A stretch of 64,000 nt of DNA from a virus (taxonomy: Duplodnaviria > Heunggongvirae > Uroviricota > Caudoviricetes). The notes below the pieces were generated by a model. That model ran no database searches. It was not told the origin of the DNA and saw only the letters and a program-made list of their open reading frames with translations. Shown in pieces: positions 45,111 through 57,959 of this stretch (position 1 is its first letter; each line of letters starts with the position of its first letter). The stretch covers positions 33,932 through 97,931 of IMG/VR virus record IMGVR_UViG_3300031992_000025; one strand, written 5' to 3'. The translations under genes were made by a program, and so were the position numbers.

Positions 45111-48100
45111 ATGGTTGGTAAAATAAATAAAAATTCAACATCTATTAGTGGCTCAATAAATGCTCCAACTCCTAGTACTGGCACTGTTTCAAGGCTTGGT
45201 GGCGGAACTGCAGACCATACAAAGTTATTAAATAGAAATGCTCCAAATCAGCATAATATTGCTGCAATTACTGGTTTACAAGATCTATTAGACAGTAAAC
45301 TTGATTCTGAAACTGCTTTACCTTTAATTGAGGATGCTACTAATAATAAAGCACGTGGCTTATTTTATGACATACACTGTGAAATTGCTGAAAAACCATA
45401 CTGATATTTAACCTCTGAAATTGATGAGGAAACTGGACAAGGGACTCTTGATTCAATTATTTCTGGACCATATGACCTCGGCCAAGGCGGAGGCGGTGGC
45501 GGAGGCGGTGGTGGTGTCACTGACGTCACGCTTAATATCGCAATTGATCCAGAGACTGGTGAACGTATGTGGCCAACATACGTAGCTATTGGTAGCGCAT
45601 GTACTATTGGTGTTACTTGGTCATCTACAAGAGATGGCGAGTCTACTGGCCGTGGCACATTATATGTATATGTTAATGATAAATTAGTTGAAACAAAAGC
45701 AACTCAACAAGGTATTGTTACATTTGAAATTGGTGATTACTTAACTTCAGGTGAAAATAAGATTGAAATTAGAGCAATAGATGCTTATTCTACAAGTAAG
45801 AATTTTATTAGCTCTATTTCAGGTATTACATTAAAGTTACAGTCTAACTTTGAAGATGATATCAGTTATACTGGTGATGTTACTTTCACATATATCCCAA
45901 CAGGTAATATTAGAAAACTTGTATATTTTATTGTTGACGGCGTTCAATTTGGTGCTCCTGAAGTTGTTACTACTTCTGGTGAACAATGAACAAAAATTAT
46001 TCCACAGTCACTTTTAACTCATGGTTCACATACATTAGAAGTTTACTTTACTTGCGAACTAGATGGTGAAACAGTTAGATCTAATGAATTATACTATGAT
46101 TTAATTTGTTATGAACCTGGAAACACTACCCCAATTATTGCTTCTACCTTTAAAGATAGTGCCCCGCAAGAGCAATATGTTTCATTTACAGTTAGATACA
46201 GAGTTTTTACTCCAAATAAAAATGACTCAATTGTTTATTTAATTTCAGACGGAACTTCTTCAAGCCCATTAACTATTGACCAAAGATATCATTTGTGGGA
46301 ATGCCGCTTTGATATTCCAGGTAACCATACTTTAATTATTAGAACTGGTCGTGTTTCTAAGATTTTTAATGTTAAAGTTGTCGAGAGCACCGTTCATGTT
46401 GAACCAGTTACACAATCATTAGCACTTGAATTAAGTTCATATGGCCGCTCAAATTCAGTTCCATTAGAAGAGCGTTCCCAATGGAATTATAATGATATTA
46501 CAAGTACTTTAACTGGCTTTAACTGAGTTTCAAATGGTTGGGTACTTGATGATGATGGTAATACTGCTTTACGTCTTTCTGGTGATGCTCGTGTTACTAT
46601 TAACTATAAGCCATTTGAGACTGACTTTACTTCAACAGGTAAAACTTTTGAATTTGAAATTGCTACATCAGATGTTAAAGATTATGAAACTAAAATCTTT
46701 GAATGTCTTGATGGTGCTGATACAATTACTTATTCAACAAGATATGCTGGTGAAGATACTCGTACTAAAAAGTTTGCAGTTGAGTCTATTGACTTAGAGA
46801 TGTTTACTACTAAGGTTTTAGGCTCTAAAGGAACATATGTCTTTATTTATGATGGGCATAACTGAGATTTAGACGGACTTTTAGTTACACAAGAAGCTCT
46901 TAGAGATGAATATGGTATTACATTAGAAGAAGTTGATTTAGACCCAACAGTAATTGAACCAAGCCATTATGTGATTGAAGATAAAATTACTGTTTATTAT
47001 ACCGTTGCTGGTCACGGCTTCTATATTACTCCTCAATTAGCAAAACTTCAGTCTAATCAATCGTCACTTTCAACACAATATAAAGAAGGTGAAAAAGTTA
47101 GACTTGCTTTCGTTGTTGAAAATCGTAATGATGGCTCAGAAACATTTAAGACAAGATTACTTTATATGTATATTAATGGTATTTTGTCAGGTGTTTCTAG
47201 ATATCCAGAAGGCGATAGTTTCCAACAAACTCCAGCAAGTAAAGTTGCTAATATTACAATTGGTAGTAATGATGCTACTGTTGATGTTTATACAATTCGT
47301 ATTTATAATAGTAATTTAACAAGAAAGCAAATTGTTCAAAACTGAATTGCTGATACTAGAAACCCAGTATTAAAAGCACAAAGATATAAACATAATGATA
47401 ATTACAACGATGAAAATAAAATTTCATTAGATAAAGTTAAACTTCTTGGTAATCTTCCATATATGATTTTACGTGGAGAAAAATTACCAGCATATAAAAA
47501 AGATAGAAAATATATTGAAGTTGAGTATAGAAATCCATCTGATCCAGATAGAGACTTTACTGCTACACAAGCAAGAGCTGACGTTCAAGGTACTTCTTCT
47601 CAATACTACTATAGAAAGAATTTTAAAATTAAGTTTGAAGGTGGTTTTGAAGATAATAATGGAAACTGGACAGAGCATTATAAAATGCGTGGCGATGATT
47701 CAAAGAAAGAAAAAACTTATACATTCAAAGCTGACGTTGCTTCTTCAGAAGGTGCAAATAACGTTGAATTAGTAAGATATTTTGAAGACACCAAAAACTG
47801 GTACTCACCAGCTGAGCAGGAACCAGATACTGACTTAAACACTGCTGATAGTAAATTACGTATTCGTGTTGGTATTGATGGTTTCCCAATTGTTATGTTC
47901 CATGATGCTGGAGATAATAAGCCAGTTTTCTATGGTAAAATGAACTTTAACAATGATAAAGGAAATGAAAGAACTTTTGGTTTTAAAGAAGGCGACGAAT
48001 GTTGGGAATTTGTTAACAACTCATCTCCACTTGTCTTATTTAAAACTGATGATTTAACTGATTGGCAAAGTTCTTGGGAGTCTAGATATCCAGAAGAATA

Positions 48101-51100
48101 TGGCGATGATGCACATGCTTATGGAACAGGACCGGGAGAATTAACTAAATTACAACAAGTTGTATCCTGGATTGTCTCTACTAGACGTGATACTGCAACT
48201 GGAAACCCATTACCAACTCGTAAATCATTTGATGGCGGTGTAACATATTATACTCATGATACTGAAGAATATCGTTTAGCTAAGTTTAAAGGTGAATTAT
48301 CTCAATACTTTGATAAAACATCATCATTATTCTATTACTTATACACAGAGTTATTCTTAATGGTTGACTCTCGTGCAAAAAACGCAATGCTTGCTTACTT
48401 AAAGAGCAGACAACCTGGTGATGGTGGTAATAAATGATTCTGAATGCCATACGATATGGACACTGCGTTAGGTATTAACAACGAAGGTCTATTAGTTTTC
48501 AGCTACGATAAAGAAGATACAGATTTACAAGAAGGCGCTAATATTTATAATGGACAAGCATCTATTTTCTGGAACAATCTAAGAGATGCATTTGGTCCAG
48601 AATTAAAACAAATGTATGCTGACCTTCGTACTGATAAGGGACAAGGTAAACCTTATTGGAGCTACGATAATATTGAAAAATACTTTGAAGACCATCAAGC
48701 TGTTTGGTCTGAAGCAATTTTTAATGAAGATGCTTATACAAAATATTTAGAGCCTTATATAAATGATAAAGATGCTACTTACTTAGGTATGGCACAAGGT
48801 TCAAAAGAGCAACAAAGAAAATGGTGAATGTATAATAGATTTAAATATCTAGATTCTAAATATCTAACTGGTGATGCATTAAAAGATACTATTATGTTCC
48901 GTGCATATGTTCCAGTAGGCCCAAAACCAAATATTACTGTTACTCCATACCAAAATATGTATGCTGCAGCACTATTTAGAAATGGTGATACTGTTACGCC
49001 AGTCAGAGCTTCAAAAGGCACACCAGTTACATTAGTAAATACAGTTGAATATGAAGCAACAGAAACAGACCAAGAAACAATTATTTATTCTGCTTCTCAA
49101 TTAAAAGATATTGGTGATCTTTCCGTATTTAAGCCAGGATATGCAGACTTTTCAAAAGCAACTAAACTACAAAGATTACAAATTGGTAGTTCAAATCCTT
49201 CATATGAAAATCCAAACCTTAAAGGAATTAACGTTGGTGCTAACCACTTATTAACTTACTTAGATGCTAGACACTGTAAAAACTTAGGTGTTGGTGAGGG
49301 TGCTGATGTTACCCCAACCATTGACTTATCTCAATGTTATAGTATTGAAGAAGCTTATTTTGATGATACTCAAATTAAAGCAGTCAGCTTCCCTGTTGGT
49401 GGAAACTTAAAGAGAGTTCACTTACCAGAAACAATTACAAGCTTAACAATTAGAAACCATCCTAACTTAGAAGAGCTTGTTTTAGGCGGTACAGCTAATC
49501 TTTCATCTATTTGGTTAGAAGATATCCCATCAACAACAATTAATGCTGTTGATATTATTTCACAAATGCCTGATGGCTCAACTGTTAGATTAATGAATAT
49601 TAATAATACAATTAATACTGTTGGTGAAGTTGAAGCTTTCTATGCAAAGCTTGCTAGAATGCAAGGTAGAGATGGTAAAGGCGACCCAACTCCAAAAGCA
49701 CAAATTACTGGTGTTATTCATGTTCCTCAAACAGTTAACTTCCCATATGCTATTTGGAAACGCTTATCTGAACAATTTGATGAAGTTACAATTGATGCAA
49801 AGGTTGTTTGTACAGTTAACTTCTGGAATGAGGGTGTTTTACATGAATCAAAACTCGCTGTTTTAGGTGGTCCTGCACAAACTCCATCAATTCCAGTAAA
49901 AGCATCTACACAACAATACTATTATACATTTGCAGCATGGGATCAAGCATATGACGAAGTATTTGAAGATTTAGATATTAATGCTACTTTTGACCCACAT
50001 ATTCAACATTATACAATTAAATTTAGAACCGGTTCAAATCTTATTCATGCTATTCCTGCTGAAGTCGATTTAGAGTATGGTGCATTAATTCCAGAGCCAA
50101 CACTTGATTATGGAACTGTTGACGAGACCACTATTAGATTCTTAGGTTGGTATACAGCGAATAATGACCAAGTAGACTTCACTACAAAAACTGTTTCAGG
50201 AAATATTATTAGGTTCCCAGAAACAATGGAAATTGTTATTTCTGCAAGATGGCAAGATATGAATGCACCATTAGTAGAAAGAATAACAGTACTTGCTTAT
50301 AATAAATTTAGATTCGAACTATCAGATAACTTAGGTGTTACAGGATATGCTATTACTAACTCTGCAGAAGCTCCAGCTTTTGAGGACTCTGCTTGGGTTA
50401 ATTTGCCTGAACCACTTACCTACTACTCAAACGAATATACTGTTCGTCATGCTGGTGAATACTATGTCCATGTTAAAGATGACACAAGCAGTTCATTTGA
50501 AAAAGTTACTGCTTATGCAATTTCATTAACACAAAATATTAATAATGAGGAATATGACACCTCAGAAAATATTGTTCAATTAGCTCTTACTGAAAATGAT
50601 GAGCCGGTTAATGCTAGCTTTGCTTTACAGACTACTACATTAGTAGTTGCTACAGATTTAGATGAACACTATGAGTCATTATCATTATATTGTAATGATG
50701 TATTTGTTGATACTGGTACATCACTTTATGTAGCAGAAGACCTCAACTTTGTAGCAACATGCTATCCAAAACATTATATGGTAACATTTGATGTTGGAGA
50801 CCATGGTTCAAATGTAGATAGCCAAGAAATTATATATAAGCATTTTGCAATTGAGCCTACCCCACAAGTTGATGGTAGTATGATTCTTGATAACTGGTCT
50901 TATGAAGATAATATTTGGGTCTTTAATTCATATGCTGTTTTAGGCGATATGGAATTAGTTGCTAACTGGGTTAACTATACAGGTTCAACTGATATTCAAC
51001 TAGACTTACCAGTAGGAAATTTATTCCCATCAGAAGGCATTGAAGTGTCTATTCATATTTATCAGTCAGTTGGTAGAGCTGTTCAGATTCGTTGAGAGGG

Positions 51101-52484
51101 TGATAGTACTGACCCGAGCAATATAAGCAGACTTAATGTTGAAGGTGATACTACATTTACTCATAGATATATGACTGGTGGCGGCCACGCAGTTAAGATT
51201 TCAAGATTAGCTGGTGATTTTATTCTTGGAAAGAGCTATGACTATCCTTTAGTTGAACCAATTGAGTATGTTTCTGATATTACTTTTGGTTATGATATTG
51301 CTGCAACTAAAGAAGGACTTTTAAGAGGTGCTATAAATTTATATGATATTAAATTAAATAGATTTATGGTAACATTGGCCTCTAGTATGTTTGAGGGCTG
51401 CACTAATATTAGACATGTTATTATTGCAGGTGAAAATAGCTTAGGTGAGTTAGACCTTTCTCAAACAGACATGATACCAGAATCAGTTAGATTTATTGGC
51501 GATAATGTATTTAAAGGTTGTACTGCACTTGTGAATATTAGAATGCCTGAAAGATTAGCCTCTTTGGGTACTAACGTATTTGCTGATTGTACTGGTCTTC
51601 AAACAGTTACTTTCTCAGATAATTCTACTCTTAGTACATTACCTAATAATACATTCTCTGGTTGCTCAGATTTAATTAGTGTTCATATTCCAAATAGTAT
51701 TACTACAGTTGGTGAATATGCTTTTAATGGTTGTTCGTCATTAGCTAATATTGTCCTTGGTCCAAATGTTGTAAGAATTGGTGCTTCTGCATTTGCTGAT
51801 TGTACAATATTAAATGACGTAGCAATAAGAGCAACATCAATGGAATCAATGGGCTTAAATATTTTCTACAACTGTCCAAATCTTCAAGATGCTGGACCAA
51901 TTGGTGGTGATTATGATATTAAATTTGGTTGACAAACAGCTATCCCAGCAAATGCATTTGGTGTATCATATACTGGTGCTTCTGCATTATTAGCAATTGA
52001 CCTACCAAATACTATTACTTCAATCGGAGACAGAGCTTTCTACAGATGTACTAGATTACAGGCAGTTAATTCAAATAATATCTTACCAAGAAGTTTAATA
52101 TATATTGGTGATGAAAGTTTTAGATATTGTTTTGAACTATTAGGTATTGATATTCCAGCTTCAACAACTTATATCGGTGCAAGTGCATTTGACTCTTGCC
52201 GTGGTTTAAGGACTATTTATATTAGATGTCCAAATAGTACATATAAAGTTACAGCAACTACTGGAGCATGGTTTGCTCAAGTAAGTTTAAGTATATTTGA
52301 TCCATCAGCTGAAGAATGAGGTGGAGAATTAATTCACATTCCATCAGCTCTCTCTGATACTGACCCAGAAAAACAGACACCAAGTGAAGCTTATGGTGAA
52401 TTCTGGAATTGGCACAGCCAAGAAATAGACTCAGAAACTGGAACAATTACAACATATACACTTGGCTATGAATGTAATCTTTAA
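45111..52484 (+). CDS. giant ORF (2458 aa if all about 10 TGA are sense): tail fibre/adhesin-like with poly-Gly linker, BspA-type leucine-rich repeats and Flg_new-like repeats
   Basis: single frame free of TAA/TAG for 7.37 kb in an AT-rich genome; RBS AGGAGGAGACTGATTA-ATG; GGGGGGGGGG at about 45480; LRR_5-like repeats 51.3-52.3 kb; HYMVTFDVGDHGS...LVANW repeat. Confidence 0.5.
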
Positions 52485-52502
52485 TTATAAGGAGTAAAAA
52501 TT

Positions 52503-52712
52503 ATGACAATTAATATTATTCAAACAATTTCAAATCTTTTAGATGAAAAGCGTAGAGTTATTAAATCTTCTACTGTTGAGTCTACTGTTTTAACTCCTGC
52601 ACAAGGAAAAGTTTTAAAACACATTCCAACAGGCAAAATTTTTACTCAAGCAATTAATATTGGAACAGCTGGAAAAATAAAAGATTATATTGAAATAGAC
52701 TCAGTAAAATAA
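52503..52712 (+). CDS. hypothetical protein
   Basis: RBS AAGGAGTAAAAATT-ATG. Confidence 0.45.
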   Translation: MTINIIQTISNLLDEKRRVIKSSTVESTVLTPAQGKVLKHIPTGKIFTQAINIGTAGKIKDYIEIDSVK

Positions 52713-52726
52713 TGAGGTAACTGTTT

Positions 52727-53389
52727 ATGCCTAGAATGAAAAATGAGCCAGTAGTTCAAGATAAATCACTTGACAGACAGCCTCATAAATTGCCACTAGC
52801 TGCTACTAGTCAGGCAGAAGAGCAACGCCAAAAAGCTTTAAAATATAAAGTAGAAAATAATGGTAATGCTAAAAGAGGCCCTTTGCCTATCTATGTACAA
52901 AACGCAGACATAGATGTTAAACTAACTGTTTTAGATGAAAAAATTTCTAAGAATTATTTACCTTTAGATTTTGATAAAAATACAGAAATTGAAGGTATAG
53001 ATTTTAATGATCTATCAAATAAAGCATATGTATATGTAGATGACAATGGCACACCAAAAAAGATATTAATTTTATCTGCTTTAATGCATGAAATTAACTG
53101 GACTGACCTATCTGGTGATGCTAAAATTCAAATTCAAAATTTAATTACTAGAAATATTGAAAATAGCTCACTTATTGCTGGTAATAATATTTCTATTGAA
53201 GGCCGAACAATAAGTGCTAATATTGGTGTTTCTAAAGTTAATGGTGAAGAAGGCGAAATAACTATAACACCAGAAACTTTAAATGTTTATACAAAAGATG
53301 TATTATATACTAAAGATGAGTCTTATTCAAAAACAGAAGTAGAGGATGCATTAGAAGAATTAATAGTTGATGGAGGAGCTTATAGATAA
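52727..53389 (+). CDS. hypothetical virion protein
   Basis: RBS TGAGGTAACTGTTT-ATG. Confidence 0.45.
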   Translation: MPRMKNEPVVQDKSLDRQPHKLPLAATSQAEEQRQKALKYKVENNGNAKRGPLPIYVQNADIDVKLTVLDEKISKNYLPLDFDKNTEIEGIDFNDLSNKAYVYVDDNGTPKKILILSALMHEINWTDLSGDAKIQIQNLITRNIENSSLIAGNNISIEGRTISANIGVSKVNGEEGEITITPETLNVYTKDVLYTKDESYSKTEVEDALEELIVDGGAYR

Positions 53390-53390
53390 T

Positions 53391-54032
53391 ATGAGAAAAA
53401 TAGAAGTACTCCAATTAAAACGTGGAACAAAAGCTAAGCTAACTGAACGCCTTTGTGGTGATTTTAGACCAAAAGATGGCGAACCAATTTGAGAAGAAGA
53501 TACTGGTAAGCTTAAATTTGGTGATGGTATTCATGACTATGGCGAGTTAGAATATTTTAATACTACTGATTTCGTTGTTGAAGGTGCTCTTGATGGCCAT
53601 ACACTTATTTATAATGAATCAGTTGGTCGTTGGGAATCTAGAAAATTTGTTGATGGAAAAAGTATTGATTTTGATGAAAATGGTTTGAAAATTGCAGGTT
53701 TTTCTGGTGAACAGGGCACAACACCAGTTGTTAATAATGGTGGATTAAACTGGCAACAAGCAGTTACTCAACAAACATTAAATGCTGCTGTTAGCCAAGC
53801 TCAAAATTATGCTTATGATTCAAGTCAATCAGCAACTCAAGCTGGAGCATCAGCTAACCAAGCTGGTAATGCTGCAGCACAAGCAGAGCAATTTAGAGAT
53901 GCAACTGCTGCTTTAATTAATAGTAAATTCTGGTTTGGCACTCGTGAAGAGTATGAAACACAGATTTTAAGTCAAGGAAAATTAACAGAAGGAACAATCT
54001 ATTTCATTAGAGATTATGATTGAACATTATAG
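53391..54032 (+). CDS. tail-fibre-like protein with Gln/Ala-rich segment (TGA-recoded)
   Basis: ATG overlapping previous stop; frame continuous through TGA at about 53490 and 54021. Confidence 0.45.
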
Positions 54033-54035
54033 AAT

Positions 54036-54569
54036 ATGCCAGTAAGGACTGAAAGTAATTTATTAACTAGCACTGATATTTATGGGCACAAAGATAATTA
54101 TACAGGTGAAAAAACCGATATGTATAATATTTTTGGTACTACCCAAATAATTATTGGTGATAAAGATTTAAGTCAATTACCACATGAACAAATTGAAAGA
54201 TTAGTATATGATTTACAACAAAAAGTATATCATAAATGTTTATTTCCACTTGATTTAGAAACAGGCGGTTCAGAAGATACTGACTTACCTGGCGGCAAGA
54301 AAAATTGGTTTCCAGGTTGCGATACTTATGGTATATTACTTTCAAGAGATGGTGCAGTCTTTGATAATGATAAAGGTATTGGTGCACCACTTGAAATTAT
54401 TTATAGAAAAGATGCTCGTCATACTGCAACTGAAGCATCTGTTAAAATTTTAGATGTATTAGATGCTATTAATACATCTACAGAATGAAAAACAAGAATG
54501 AATATTTATTATCATGTAGAGACTAGAAATGGTGTACGTGGTTATATAAATGCTTCTTTAGTTGATAAA
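54036..54569 (+). CDS. hypothetical virion protein (TGA-recoded)
   Basis: frame continuous through TGA at 54486 to TAA at 54567. Confidence 0.4.
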
Positions 54570-54612
54570 GTAGTTTATATTGCACACATATAAAGTTAGT
54601 TTTTAATAAATA

Positions 54613-54627
54613 TTTGCTAAATTAATT
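54613..54627 (+). promoter_or_regulatory. TTTGCTAAATTAATT motif
   Basis: 48 nt before ATG 54675. Confidence 0.4.
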
Positions 54628-54674
54628 GATTATTAAGTAAGATCACTCTTAGAATTGTAAAAAGGAGATAATAT

Positions 54675-57600
54675 ATGTCAGCTAATAACTTCTTATTAAC
54701 TTTAGATACTATAGCACCTCGTGGCGGAATTATTGATCCAGCGGCTCAAGTTGAAGTCAAAGGTAGCATTCAGTTAACTATAAGTTATAACTCAAATGCC
54801 GATGCAAAATATAATGGCGCTGCCTATATGAAGGTATGGTATGATACTACTTCATCACCATCTTCAGTTCCAGCAGATAATGTAGTTCCTTGGACTACTC
54901 TTAATACAACACCAACACTTTCTTTCGCAAGTAATGGCTATTACTATGCTCACCTTGTCCTTTTAGATAATGTTGGAAATCAATCTCAAATTTACAATTC
55001 ACCAATGATCGTTTCTGATACTCAAGCTCCAGTTATTAGAGAGCTTTGGGCATATGATAAAACAGTTCCAACTGGATATGAAGATTTACCTGGCACAGCT
55101 ACATCATATACTGCAGCTTCAACATATACAGCTGGCACAGATTACTTCTATATAAATGAAAGTAGCCAATATGTTCCAGATTATAGTATTACAAGTCAAG
55201 CAACATTTAATGCTTCTAAAACTGAGCATGGAACATTATATACAAGGTCTGGTGTTGAATACCCAGAATATCAAAATAGCCATGTATATACTAATGAAAG
55301 CACATTTGGAATTCATATTAAGGCTTATGATACAGGCACAACTCAATCAGGCCTAAAAGAAGTCAGAATTACTGGTAATTTAGTTTATCCAAGCAGCCAA
55401 ACATGTGTTACTATTGCAGGCAGTAGTTTTAATAATACAACAAATGTTTATGAAGGTGATTTAACCTTTGCTGGTGGTGCAACTCCAGGAACACAAACAA
55501 TTACAGTTACTGCTGAAGACTATTCTGGCAATACTACAACATCTACTTGTACAATTATCTATGACCCAAATCCATCAACTGGTAATTTTGCTTTATATAG
55601 TGTAGGCACAAATGATTCTTTACCAGCTTATTTAAATTATAATTCATGCCATATGACATTTAAGATGGTTATTAATGCTACTGATGCTACAACTGCTGTT
55701 AAATACTATCAATTAGTCGGTGATATTGTAGATGCTGGCTCACCAGTAGCTTGGCCTACAAGCGGTGGTACACCAGCTAGTTCCGTCACACTATCTGCTT
55801 TACATATTAGTAGTGGCGATGGCACAAAGAGCTTTGGGGTTAAGTTAATTGATGCTGCAGGCAATATTACAACTCTTCCAACACAAACAAGAGTTTATGA
55901 TGATACTCAGCCAACAGGTACTTTAGTTGCGTCAGGCGTTGAAGATTCAAATCATAATATTTGGATTTCAGCTGGTACTGGCATGTCATTAGCTGCAAGT
56001 GCTGTTACACAATCAACTATTACCTATACTGCAGCTGATGCTACATCTGGTTTATATAGTGGTTGGCCAAAATTCTATATTAGAGATGGCGGAACTGACT
56101 ATGAAATTCCAGGTGTTATTACAAGTGGTACAAATACTGCAGCTGCTGGTTCATTTACCTTTGATATGACCCATCCATCAGATGTTGCAGCACATATTCA
56201 TACTGGTGCAAATATTATTGTTATGAAGCTTAAAGATAACTCAGGCAATACAAGAGAAGCTACATGTACAGTTAATATTGAAGCAACATGGACACTTGGA
56301 ACTCCAACATTACATGGATACTTACTTTGTGCTAATGAATTTAATCATACAACAAAAGATTTAATTTCTGCTACAGTTGTTGATAATATTAGTGGTGCTT
56401 TCTCTGAGCGCGACTCATTGCAAGTTTGGACAAATACAACACAAAATTCTACTACAACTTCTGCTTCACAGATTACATGGACAGGAAATAATCAATTAGT
56501 TGAAAGTGAGTCAATTAGTAAGACATTTGCTGAAGATTCTGCTTCTAACTATCTCCATGTTAAGGCTGTAAGTATTGTTGGAAACGTTGCTTATGCACAC
56601 ATTCAATTTAATGTTGATAAAACTGGCCCAACATACAGTGAAACTTATTCAGCACATGTTAATAATGCTACAACAAATATTACACTTTCAAATGGTAATG
56701 ATAATTTAAGTGGTATTTATCAAATTAAGATTGAACCAGGCACTAATACTCCAATTGAGTCTGGTACATGCTCATGGACAGCTTATGAAGATAAATCATA
56801 TGCTATTACATTAGGACCACGAACACAAGGTGGAAATCCTGAAGATGGTAATTATTCAGTTATTATTACCGTTAGAGATAGAGCTGGAAATGAAACTCAA
56901 AAAATAATTAATTGGGAATATGATAATACTATTCCAGGTGGTGCTCTTGTCTTAAAGAAAGCATCACAAGATGTTAATAAAGATGACCCATCTCCAGAGT
57001 CTTCATTCAGAGCTCAAATTACATTCTATGATTCAGCTGATTCAAGTGATCCACACTATGACCCAACAGATGATTATGGAACAATTCAATATAAATTATA
57101 TGGTGATTTTGGTACATCTATTCCAACAGGTCAGTCTGCTGCAGCAAGTGCAACAGCTGAAAATGATGCTCAATGGGTTACAATGACTGCTAATACAATG
57201 ACAATTGGTCCATTATATTGTACTAAAAATGCTAATGATGCTCCTGCTGATGGTGTTGAAAAGAAAATTTATCTTAAACTTAAAGATGATGCTGGAAACG
57301 TTACGCAACCAATCATGGTTTCATTCGTTTATAACCCAGTTACAGCAGAGCTTACAATTGACCATTTAAGTCATAATAGAATTAGCTGTGTCCATGCTAG
57401 AAGAAAAACAGGTACATCAACTATTTCTGATGCAACATTACCAAGTGAATATGCTTCAGAGACAGGCTCAGAAGACTATGCAGATAAGATTTGGTTCAGA
57501 GTAACATGTCCACAAACAATTCAAGAATGGAAAGTTGCAGCATTTGTTACTTATCCAAGTAGCCAAACAACTGGTGCAGCAATTACACCAATGTCAACAC

Positions 57601-57848
57601 ATGGTTCAGGAGCTAACATTTCAAGCTCATCTGGATATCATCAAACAGGCACAAGTGTTACTGAGTGGTGAGTTGAAGTTGATGGCAAAGACTATCGACA
57701 AGCAATTCGTGCAGCCAAGAATTTAACAGGTAATATCGATTCTGACTCACCTGAAGTTGATGGTGTGTACTACATTGTTGTATTTGGTAAGAACTTAGCT
57801 GGTGCTTGGTCAATGGCCGGCACTGCAGCTGAAGTTCCATCTGCCTAA
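54675..57848 (+). CDS. large structural protein (1057 aa), Thr/Ser/Gly-rich, Ig-like repeats (TGA-recoded near C-terminus)
   Basis: RBS AAAGGAGATAATAT-ATG after TTTGCTAAATTAATT motif; continues through TGA at 57669. Confidence 0.5.
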
Positions 57849-57873
57849 TACTAGTTATTAAAAATTAATATAT

Positions 57874-57908
57874 AGCCGGGGCAGATATATAAAAATCCCC
57901 GGCTATTT
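57874..57908 (+). terminator. rho-independent terminator
   Basis: AGCCGGGGCAGATATATAAAAATCCCCGGCTATTT. Confidence 0.7.
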
Positions 57909-57959
57909 AATTAAAATATATAGAAATTGTAAACAAAAATAAAGGAAAGGGTGTAATAA

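Noticed and set aside
45365-45658. Minus-strand ORF with a PPPPPPPPPP run
   Set aside because: It is the antisense of the GGCGGAGGCGGTGGC poly-Gly linker codons of the + strand giant ORF.
46534-46797. Leu/Met/Val/Ile-rich ORFs in alternative frames inside recoded structural genes
   Set aside because: These are low-complexity out-of-frame translations of AT-rich coding sequence nested in the continuous frame-0 giant ORFs, with no RBS. They include 46534-46797, 47089-47319, 47473-47772, 44257-44502, 49621-49866, 50335-50529, 55156-55356, 56971-57186, 57535-57726, 63205-63411, 40723-40914 and 20098-20322.
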